Positions 20,965 through 31,372 of a DNA stretch of 64,000 bases are shown piece after piece (positions within the stretch are counted from its first letter, which is position 1; every line of letters starts with the position of its first letter). Origin of the DNA: an uncultured Gemmatimonadales bacterium (lineage in GTDB: Bacteria > Gemmatimonadota > Gemmatimonadetes > Longimicrobiales > RSA9); contig CAWFKH010000001.1 in assembly GCA_963816355.1 (NCBI GenBank), forward strand, positions 288,001 to 352,000. The letters run 5' to 3'. A program made the translations under genes and the position numbers. The notes under the pieces are model-generated. The model saw only the letters and a list, made by a program, of their open reading frames with translations, was not told where the DNA came from and searched no databases.

Positions 20965-22560
20965 ATGGCCGATACATTCGCAGCACTCGGGCTCCGCGAC
21001 GAACTCGCGGCGGCCGCCGCATCCGCCGGATACGCGCGGCCGAGCCCGATCCAGGCGGACGCGATCCCCGTCCTGCGGCGCGGCGGGAACGCCGTCCTCA
21101 ACGCGAGCGCCGGCGCCGGGCTGACCGCGGCGTACGCGCTGCCGCTGCTCGATCGCCTCGCGGAAGCGCCCGCCGGCGACGCGCCGCGGGCGCTGCTCCT
21201 GTACGCGACGCCGGAGCTCGCGGGCGCCGCGGCGCGCGCGATCGCCCCGTTCGCTGCGGCGGTGGGCGTCCGCGTCGCCGCGCTCGCCGCGGACTGGCCG
21301 CAGCCGGCCGCCGCCGACATCGTCACGACGACGCCTGCGCGTGCGCGCGCGGGGCTGCACGATTCCGCCCTGAAGCTCGGCGGCCTGCTGGCGGTCGTCT
21401 TCGTCGGCCTCGACGCCATGCTGGCGTTGGGCGAGGCGGAAGCGCTGGAGGCGGTCGCCGCCGCGCTGCCACGGGAGGCCCAGCGCGTCATGACCGCGGG
21501 CCGCGACGAGGCGATCGCCGACTTCGTCGAGCGGCACGCACGGCGCGCGGTGCGCTTCCCCTCCCGCCCGGCGGACGAGGCGCTCGCTCCGCGGCAGCCC
21601 TCGCCGGCCGGAGTGCCGCTGGCGTACACCGCCGTCGCAGCCGGGGAAAGGGCGGCGGCGATCGCGCGCATTCTGGTCGCCGGCGGCGCCGCCGCGGCGC
21701 GGGTGCACTGCCGCACGCGGCCCGAGGCGGAGCGGCTCGCCGGGGAGCTGGCGCTCCGCGGCCTCTCCGCCACGCTGGAGGAGGGCGAGGGCAGCGCGAT
21801 CCGTGCGGGCGGCGAGGAGGAGACGGAGGAAGCGGTGCGCGTGATCAGCGCGTCGCCGCCGTTCGACGCCGAGGAGCTGCGGCGCCGCCACGGGAGCGAG
21901 GGCGGACGCGTGCTGCTGGATGCGCGGGAGCTGGCGCACCTGCGGCGCGTCGCGGCCGCCGCCGGCGTGGGATTGACGCCGGCGCCGCTGGCGGCGGAGG
22001 AGGAGGGGGCGGCGGGGCTGCAGGCGTTTCGCGACGCGGTGCGCCGGGCGCTCGCGGAGGAAGACGTCGCCGCGCAGCTCCTCGTCCTGGCGCCCCTGTT
22101 CGAGCAGGCGGGAGCGGAGGAGGTGGCGGGCGCGCTGTCCGCGCTCCTGCGCCGCCGTCACGCAGCGCAGCCGGCGGCGGCGGCGCAGGCGCCGGCGGAA
22201 GGACAGACGGTCGCGCCGCGGCCGCCTCCGGCCCTGACGCGCCTCTTCGTGAGCCTGGGGGAGCGGGACCGCGTCGGTCCGGGCGACCTCGTCGGCAGCA
22301 TCACGGGCGAGGCGCAGGTGCGCGGAGACCAGGTGGGCAGGATCGAGATCCGCGACAACTTCTCGATCGTGGAGGTGGAAAGCGGCATTGCGGACCGCGT
22401 CATACGCGCCATGAACGGCACGACGATCCGGGGACGCAGCGTTCGCGTCGATTACGACCGGCGCGGCGCCGCGCAGGGTGCGCGGCCGGCGCGCCGGCAG
22501 GCGCCGCGGGGCGGGCCGCGGCGGCGTCCGCCGCGCCCCGGCGGGCGCGACGAGGGTTGA
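20965..22560 (+). CDS. Degenerate DEAD-box helicase-like protein with a C-terminal DbpA-type RNA-binding domain
   Basis: The Q-motif (F..LGL...GY..PSPIQ..AIP) and the DbpA domain (RLFVSLGERDRVGPGDLVG.I..E...GRIEIRDNFSIVEV) are retained. The Walker A and DEAD motifs are degenerate. Confidence 0.82.
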   Translation: MADTFAALGLRDELAAAAASAGYARPSPIQADAIPVLRRGGNAVLNASAGAGLTAAYALPLLDRLAEAPAGDAPRALLLYATPELAGAAARAIAPFAAAVGVRVAALAADWPQPAAADIVTTTPARARAGLHDSALKLGGLLAVVFVGLDAMLALGEAEALEAVAAALPREAQRVMTAGRDEAIADFVERHARRAVRFPSRPADEALAPRQPSPAGVPLAYTAVAAGERAAAIARILVAGGAAAARVHCRTRPEAERLAGELALRGLSATLEEGEGSAIRAGGEEETEEAVRVISASPPFDAEELRRRHGSEGGRVLLDARELAHLRRVAAAAGVGLTPAPLAAEEEGAAGLQAFRDAVRRALAEEDVAAQLLVLAPLFEQAGAEEVAGALSALLRRRHAAQPAAAAQAPAEGQTVAPRPPPALTRLFVSLGERDRVGPGDLVGSITGEAQVRGDQVGRIEIRDNFSIVEVESGIADRVIRAMNGTTIRGRSVRVDYDRRGAAQGARPARRQAPRGGPRRRPPRPGGRDEG

Positions 22561-22634
22561 GCGGGCGGCACAAGAAGAGCGAGCCGCGCCCCGTCCCGGG
22601 CGCGGCTCGCTCGATGGTCGAACGTACGAGGAGC

Positions 22635-22919
22635 CTACTTCACCGAGTCCTTCAGGCCCTTACCGGCGCGGAAGGTGGGGCTGCTCGAAGCCGGGATGCG
22701 GATCTCCTTGCCGGTGCGCGGGTTGCGGCCCATGCGCGCCTTGCGCTTGCGCGTCTCGAAGGTGCCGAATCCCGTGATCTGAACGCGGTCGCCCTTCTTG
22801 AGGGCCGAGGAGATGATCCCCTTGTTGGCCCCGAAAAGCGCGTCGACGGCGTTCTGCGCGTCGACCTTCTTGAGGCCTGCGTTGTCGGCCAGCTTCTGAA
22901 CCAGCTCCGACTTGTTCAT
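22635..22919 (-). CDS. hup: DNA-binding protein HU
   Basis: MNKSELV, VQITGFGTFE..KRKARMGRNPRTG and FRAGKGLKD. The RBS is GAGGAG. Confidence 0.95.
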   Translation of the reverse strand: MNKSELVQKLADNAGLKKVDAQNAVDALFGANKGIISSALKKGDRVQITGFGTFETRKRKARMGRNPRTGKEIRIPASSSPTFRAGKGLKDSVK

Positions 22920-23084
22920 CGCGTGCTCCTCGCCGAGGTGGATGGTGATCTGCCAGATCCGGTGGTGGTGGGCGGGGGCCGACCCTTGCGCCTGCCGGCC
23001 GACGGCAGGCAACTTTGTCGCCCGCCGCAGGCGCTCTCTTCGGGTCGTCAGGCCGGTTCTCGCCGGTACCGGACAACGCTCACC

Positions 23085-23113
23085 ACACTAGAGCGCATGG
23101 GGAATCGCGTCAA
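23085..23113 (-). promoter_or_regulatory. sigma70-type promoter for hup
   Basis: Minus strand TTGACG (23113-23108), 17 nt spacer, TAGTGT (23090-23085). Confidence 0.6.
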
Positions 23114-23210
23114 GAGAGTCGTCGCGCGGGCGCCGCGTCGTTCCGCCATCTTCTCGCCCTCGGCGCGCGGCGCTGGCGGGGGCAGCCCGGCGACGCCCGG
23201 AGCGTAGCCA

Positions 23211-24605
<1,395 letters not shown>

Positions 24606-24729
24606 CAACAGCACGCGGCCGCCGTTAGATTCGGCGATCCGCCTCCGGCAGGTCTTCAGCGAGCTGCCGGCCGTTCCGCCCCGCCGGCAGCGCGGGCGCG
24701 GTCGAACGTCCCCCGATCCCCGGACGCTC

Positions 24730-26487
<1,758 letters not shown>

Positions 26488-26513
26488 TAGTCGAGTGAAT
26501 GGAAGGAGGACCA

Positions 26514-26807
26514 ATGCTCGCCAACGACCAGATCAAGGACCTGGCCAGGCGCCTCGCGGACGAGGCGGACGAACGCACGCACCACGCCGGCGACGCCGAC
26601 CGCGGCGAGCTGTGGGAGGCGGTCCGCCACGCGTGCAACATGGTGGCCGCGATCGCGGAGCTGGAACGCGACGGCGAGGCGCTGGAGCGCGAGGATCAGG
26701 GCAGGCGGGCACGTTACGCGGTGAGCGAGCTCGAGACGGCGCTGGAGTCGGCGCGGCGCGCTCGGCGCGGTTTCTCCTGGCGCTCGTCGCTGCCGCGCGC
26801 CGACTGA
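26514..26807 (+). CDS. Hypothetical helical protein
   Basis: Strong RBS AAGGAGG before ATG 26514 and typical codon usage. Confidence 0.65.
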   Translation: MLANDQIKDLARRLADEADERTHHAGDADRGELWEAVRHACNMVAAIAELERDGEALEREDQGRRARYAVSELETALESARRARRGFSWRSSLPRAD

Positions 26808-26844
26808 AGCGGGGGCGGGGGCCGCCGCGTCCGCTGCCGGCGCG

Positions 26845-27489
26845 CTAGCGGATCTTCCGCTTCAGCTCCTCGAGGCGGCGCTCCGCATCGCGCTCGCGCG
26901 CCTCCCGCTCCATGCGACGGAAGAGCGCGTCGCGCTCGTCGTCGAAGAGCGAGCCGCCCGCGCGGCCACCGGGAGCGGTTCCAGCGTTCCGGTCCTCCGC
27001 GCGGTCGCGGTCCCCGCCCGCCGCCGCGCCTACACCGGACGGGCCGTCGGCGCTGGCGCCCAGCTCGTCGGTCTCCTCGCCCGCGCCGACGCTCGCGCGC
27101 GCGGCAGCCAGCGCGCCGCGCATCTCCTCCAGGTCGCGACGACGCAGCGCGGACTCCGCGTCGAGAGCCTCGACGACGCGGCTCAGCACCTCCACCCGCT
27201 CCGCGTGCTTCGCCGCGAACCGTTCGGCGACTTCGACCGTCTCGTCGTCGCCGATGCCGCGCGCCATCTCCGCGCGCCTGCGGCACGCGGCGAGCTCCTC
27301 GCGCTCGCGGCGCAGTTCGCCGCGTGCGCGGTCGCGCTCGGCCTCGACTCTCCGATGCGAAGCGGCGGCGGCGGCCTGGTCGCGCTCCATCGCGTCGATG
27401 CGAGACCCGTCTCCCTCGGCGGCGCCGCCCAGCTCGCGGTAGAAGTTCGCGACCGCCTCCTGCCACGCATTTCTCAATTCCTCGAACAT
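26845..27489 (-). CDS. PspA/IM30-like coiled-coil protein
   Basis: Long coiled coil with RAEMARGIGDDET...A and a C-terminal RRLEELKRKI resembling PspA-family ends. Confidence 0.6.
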   Translation of the reverse strand: MFEELRNAWQEAVANFYRELGGAAEGDGSRIDAMERDQAAAAASHRRVEAERDRARGELRREREELAACRRRAEMARGIGDDETVEVAERFAAKHAERVEVLSRVVEALDAESALRRRDLEEMRGALAAARASVGAGEETDELGASADGPSGVGAAAGGDRDRAEDRNAGTAPGGRAGGSLFDDERDALFRRMEREARERDAERRLEELKRKIR

Positions 27490-27530
27490 GGGTGCGAAGC
27501 TAACATCCACCCCGGAAAGGGGGTAGCGCT

Positions 27531-27546
27531 CGGCCCGATGCTTGCA
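27531..27546 (+). promoter_or_regulatory. Putative sigma54 (-24/-12) promoter
   Basis: CGGCCCG-ATGC-TTGCA matches TGGCACG-N4-TTGCA and ends 33 nt upstream of the nucleotidyltransferase ATG. Confidence 0.5.
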
Positions 27547-27579
27547 CTCAAGGCGCGCATCCCACGGTCCGGAGAACCG

Positions 27580-28533
27580 ATGAAGACGCCCAGGACGAGC
27601 AGCGACAGGAGCGATCGGGTGCGGACCATCCCGGACCCGGACATGGCCGGGCTGTCGCGGGAGGAGCGACGCTCGATCACACACGGCGAATTCTGGATCC
27701 CGGAGGCGGAGCGGTCGGCGTATCGACGCGCGCTGCGCACGCTCAACGCCGCCGGCGTCCCCTTCGTCGTGAGTGGACTGTACGCGATCTACGAGTACAC
27801 GGGGATCTATCGCCAGACGAAGGACCTCGACCTGATGCTCGAGCCGACGTGGGTGGTGCCGGCGGGGAGGGCGCTGCGGGAGAACGGGTTCCGCGTCGAG
27901 CTGTCGCACGCGCACTGGATCGCCAAGGCGTTCCACGGCGGCGCGATGATCGACCTCGTCTACGGCATGGGCAACGGAATCGAGTTCGTGGACCGCGCGT
28001 GGTACGAGCACTCGCGCCCGGCGATCCTCGCCACGACGCCGGTGCGCGTCGCGCCCGCCGAAGAGTTGATCTGGCACCGGCTCTTCATCTCCGAGCGGCA
28101 CCGCTCCGACGTCGCCGACGTCGTCCACCTCTTCCTCACTTGCGGTGAACGGCTCGACTGGCACCGGCTGCTGCGCCGCGCCGCCGACCACTGGCGCCTG
28201 CTGCTCGCCCAGATCCTGCTCTTCGACTACGTCTATCCCTCGCGGCGCGACCGCGTCCCCGCCTGGGTGCGGCGCGAGCTGACCGCGCGCGCCGGTGCCG
28301 CCGTCGACACCGCCGCCGATCCGGAGGCGCCCTTCCGCGGCACCCTCGTGTCACGGTTCTCCTTCGCCATCGACGTCAACGAATGGGGGTTCCGCGACCT
28401 GCGGACCGAGATCGTCGCCGCCGCCCGTTCGCTGCCGATCGTGAATGAGATCCGCGACAGCGACGTGTGGCAGAACGACGACGACGCTTCCCACCCAGCC
28501 GAGCTCGAGGAGGCAAGCCGTGGAGAGCCGTAG
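27580..28533 (+). CDS. Nucleotidyltransferase family protein
   Basis: PFVVSG.YA...YTGI.R.TKDLD (G...DxD signature), HWIAKA and RGTLVSRFSF..D...WGF.D. Confidence 0.82.
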   Translation: MKTPRTSSDRSDRVRTIPDPDMAGLSREERRSITHGEFWIPEAERSAYRRALRTLNAAGVPFVVSGLYAIYEYTGIYRQTKDLDLMLEPTWVVPAGRALRENGFRVELSHAHWIAKAFHGGAMIDLVYGMGNGIEFVDRAWYEHSRPAILATTPVRVAPAEELIWHRLFISERHRSDVADVVHLFLTCGERLDWHRLLRRAADHWRLLLAQILLFDYVYPSRRDRVPAWVRRELTARAGAAVDTAADPEAPFRGTLVSRFSFAIDVNEWGFRDLRTEIVAAARSLPIVNEIRDSDVWQNDDDASHPAELEEASRGEP

Positions 28534-29335
28534 ACCGATCCGCATCGCCGCCGTCGCCGACATCCATTACAGCGGCGCGAAGGGGTCGCTCATCGACACC
28601 TTCGCGACCGCGTCCAAGGAGGCTGACATCCTCGCGCTGTGCGGCGACCTCACCACTCACGGCACGCCGGAGCAGGCACGCGGCCTCGTCGAGGAGATCG
28701 CCGCCGTCGAGATCCCGATCGTCGCCATCCTCGGCAACCACGACCACGAGGCGGGCGCCGAGCAGGAGGTGAGCCGGATCCTCTGCGACGCCGGCGTCGA
28801 GATGATCGATGGCGGCTACACCGTCATCGAGGGCATCGGCTTCGCGGGCACGAAGGGCTTCGCCGGCGGCTTCGACCGCGGCGCCCTCTCGCCGTTCGGC
28901 GAGCAGGTCATGAAGGACTTCGTGCAGGCAGCGATCGACGAGTCGCTCAAGCTCGAGAACGCGCTGCGCGCCCTCTCCACCGAGATCCGCATCGCACTCC
29001 TCCACTACGCGCCGATCGCCGCCACCGTCGTCGGCGAGCCGGAGCCGATCTATCCCTTCCTCGGTTCTTCCCGCCTCGTCCACCCGATCGACGCGCTCGG
29101 CACGACCGCCGTCTTCCACGGCCACGCGCACCACGGCAGCCGCGAAGGCCGCACGCCGGGCGGCGTGCCGGTCTACAACGTGTCGCAGCCGCTCCTGCGC
29201 AGCCACGGCTCCGACGTGTTCGTCTGGACCGGCGAGGCACCCGACCGCCGCCGCGAGGCTCCGCTCCCCGCGGGCGAGGAGGAGACTCAGCCGTACCGCT
29301 CGAGGAAGCGCACGAGCGCCGCCTCCTCCGGGTAG
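28520..29335 (+). CDS. Calcineurin-like metallophosphoesterase
   Basis: DIH, CGDLT, GNHD, LLHY and HGHAHHG. Confidence 0.92.
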   Translation: MESRRPIRIAAVADIHYSGAKGSLIDTFATASKEADILALCGDLTTHGTPEQARGLVEEIAAVEIPIVAILGNHDHEAGAEQEVSRILCDAGVEMIDGGYTVIEGIGFAGTKGFAGGFDRGALSPFGEQVMKDFVQAAIDESLKLENALRALSTEIRIALLHYAPIAATVVGEPEPIYPFLGSSRLVHPIDALGTTAVFHGHAHHGSREGRTPGGVPVYNVSQPLLRSHGSDVFVWTGEAPDRRREAPLPAGEEETQPYRSRKRTSAASSG

Positions 29336-30294
29336 TATTCCGGCGGCGCTTCCGCCGCCACCGGCCGCGGCGTCCGCCGCATCAGCGACGCGATCGTCCG
29401 GCCCTCCGCCTCGTACTCCTCCAGCACCGCCGGGTGCACGTACGCGCGCCGACAGATCGCCGGCGTGTTGCCCAGCTCCGCCGCCACCAGCTTGCACGTC
29501 AGTACGACGTTGCGGTGCGCGTCCCGCGCGCTCGTCGCGGCACCCATGTCCGCCAGGATCGTCGCCGCCCGCACCGTGCCGCCGAACGTGCGGATGTCCT
29601 TCGACGTGTAACGCTCGCCCAGCAGCGCGCGGAGGTAGGCGTTCACTTCGGCAGCGCGCACCGGCCGCACTCCGCCCGCCTCGCCACGGTACTGGAACAG
29701 CCGCTTTCCCTTCAGCTCGAGCAGCTCCTCGACGATCTCCACCAGCGGCGTCTCCGCCACCACCCGCCGCTGATCCAGCTTCCGCTTCCCCACGTACGTG
29801 AAGATCAGGTCGTTGCCGCAGACCCGCAGGTGCCGCTTCCGCAACGTGCAGATCCCGTACGTCCGGTTCTCCACCGCGTAGCGCTCGCTGCCCACGCGGA
29901 AGAACGCGCGGCTCATCAGCCGCACGACCGTCGCCAGCACCTTCTCGCGCACCAGCCCCGAACGCTGCAGATCCGCGTTCGTCGCCGCCCGAAGCTCCGG
30001 AAGCACGCGCGCGAAATCCAGCACCCGCGCCCACTTCCGTGCCCTGCGCGCCTGCACGTGCTCGTCGCTGTAGATGTACTGTTTCCGCCCCGCTGCGTCC
30101 CTGCCCCACGCCTGCACTTTACGCGAGGCGCTCGGAGCGATGTGCACGTCCTCCCACGCAGGAGGGATCGCCAGGCACGCGATCCGCGCCAGCGCCGTCG
30201 CGGACTTCAGCTCTTCGCCGCCGACCTTCAGGTAGCGGAAACCGCCGTCCTCCGGGATCCGGCGCCACCAGTTGCGTTCATCTCGATCAGCCAT
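29287..30294 (-). CDS. Bacterial DNA topoisomerase IB
   Basis: IPPAWEDV, GRDAAGRKQYIY, FRVGSE.Y, GK, KDIRT and LGNTPAICRRAYVHP (catalytic Tyr). Confidence 0.93.
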   Translation of the reverse strand: MADRDERNWWRRIPEDGGFRYLKVGGEELKSATALARIACLAIPPAWEDVHIAPSASRKVQAWGRDAAGRKQYIYSDEHVQARRARKWARVLDFARVLPELRAATNADLQRSGLVREKVLATVVRLMSRAFFRVGSERYAVENRTYGICTLRKRHLRVCGNDLIFTYVGKRKLDQRRVVAETPLVEIVEELLELKGKRLFQYRGEAGGVRPVRAAEVNAYLRALLGERYTSKDIRTFGGTVRAATILADMGAATSARDAHRNVVLTCKLVAAELGNTPAICRRAYVHPAVLEEYEAEGRTIASLMRRTPRPVAAEAPPEYYPEEAALVRFLERYG

Positions 30295-30356
30295 CGCCGG
30301 AGATTCCGTTCAGGAGGTGTGCCACGAGGTCCTCGCCGCCGCCACCTCCGCGGCTG

Positions 30357-30886
30357 GGCCGGCTCCGATGTTTCACGCGGAGGGCGCGGGGGACGCGGAG
30401 GGCGGACCGGCGCCACGCCGCTTCACTGCACGGCGCGCATCTTCTTCTGGGTTGGTTTCCCGGCCGCGAACGTACGGCGCGCGACGAAGCCCCAACCAAT
30501 CCGTTCGCGAAGTCGGCCCCGCGACGAGCGACCTCCGCGACCTCCGCGTGAAACCACTTCCGGCGAGTCCGCCGCGCCGCGCGCCATCGGAAACGCGGCG
30601 TTCGCGGCCATCGTCGCCACCGCGTTCGCGGCGAGGCCGGCTCCGATGTTTCACGCGGAGGGCGCGGGGGACGCGGAGGGCGGACCGGCGCCACGCCGCT
30701 TCACTGCACGGCGCGCATCTTTTTCTGGCTTGGTTTCCCGGCCGCGAACGTGCGGCGCGCGACGAAGCCCCAACCAATCCGTTCGCGAAGTCTGCATCGC
30801 GGCGAACGACCTCCGCGACCTCCGCGACCTCCGCGTGAAACCACTTCCGGCGCGTCGGCCGCGCCGCGCGCCATCGGAAACGCGGC
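30357..30886. repeat. Tandem duplication (period 278 bp) of a palindromic MITE/REP-like element
   Basis: Copy 1 spans 30357-30599 and copy 2 spans 30635-30886; they are nearly identical. Each has a perfect 14-bp inverted repeat GTTTCACGCGGAGG/CCTCCGCGTGAAAC (30370-30383/30541-30554 and 30648-30661/30828-30841) with internal 9-bp CTCCGCGAC subrepeats. Confidence 0.92.
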
Positions 30887-30925
30887 TTGCGGACCGGCGA
30901 GGGGCGAGGGGGGTGAAGGTGGGGG

Positions 30926-30960
30926 TTGACGGCTGATACCGTACACGGGTACCGTATAAT
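30926..30960 (+). promoter_or_regulatory. CsoR-type operator within the csoR-copA-copZ promoter
   Basis: TACC-GTACACG-GGTA (30937-30951) has the TACC-N7-GGTA dyad of CsoR operators. It lies between TTGACG (30926) and TATAAT (30955); their 23-nt spacing is non-standard, so the exact -35/-10 pairing is uncertain. Confidence 0.7.
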
Positions 30961-31061
30961 CCGGGTTGAGGGAACGAACCCCGGACGAAGGAAACGGAAG
31001 GGGTGCGGGAGCAGAGGGGCGCGGACGAGGGGACGCGGAACGGCATCGGACGGAGGCACGG

Positions 31062-31355
31062 ATGGAGCACGCAGTGGCGGTGGATCCGGAGCTTCAGGGG
31101 CAGGCGCTGAGGCGGCTGAAGCGGATCGAGGGTCAGGTGCGGGGTGTGCAGCGGATGGTGGAGGACGGGCGGTACTGTCCGGACATTCTGGTGCAGGTAT
31201 CGGCGATTCACGAGGCGTTGCGCGCGGTAGGGAAGCTGTTGATGCGCAATCACCTGGAGCATTGTGTGACGGACGCGCTGCGGTCGGACGATCCGGCGGC
31301 GGCTGAGCGGACGTACGGCGAGGTGCTGAACCTGATGTACCGCCACCTGCGTTGA
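31062..31355 (+). CDS. csoR: Copper-sensing repressor CsoR
   Basis: RLKRIEGQVRGVQRMVEDGRYC.DIL.Q...HLEHC carries the C-H-C ligand set. Confidence 0.93.
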   Translation: MEHAVAVDPELQGQALRRLKRIEGQVRGVQRMVEDGRYCPDILVQVSAIHEALRAVGKLLMRNHLEHCVTDALRSDDPAAAERTYGEVLNLMYRHLR

Positions 31356-31372
31356 GCGGCGGATAGGATCGA

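Noticed and set aside
30357..30886. CRISPR array interpretation of the repeats
   Set aside because: There are only two long near-identical units, no unique spacers and no cas genes in the window.
30272..30946. ORFs spanning the tandem element (e.g. 30272-30838 +, 30287-30694 -)
   Set aside because: They are translations of the repeat itself, with no protein-like composition or clear RBS.
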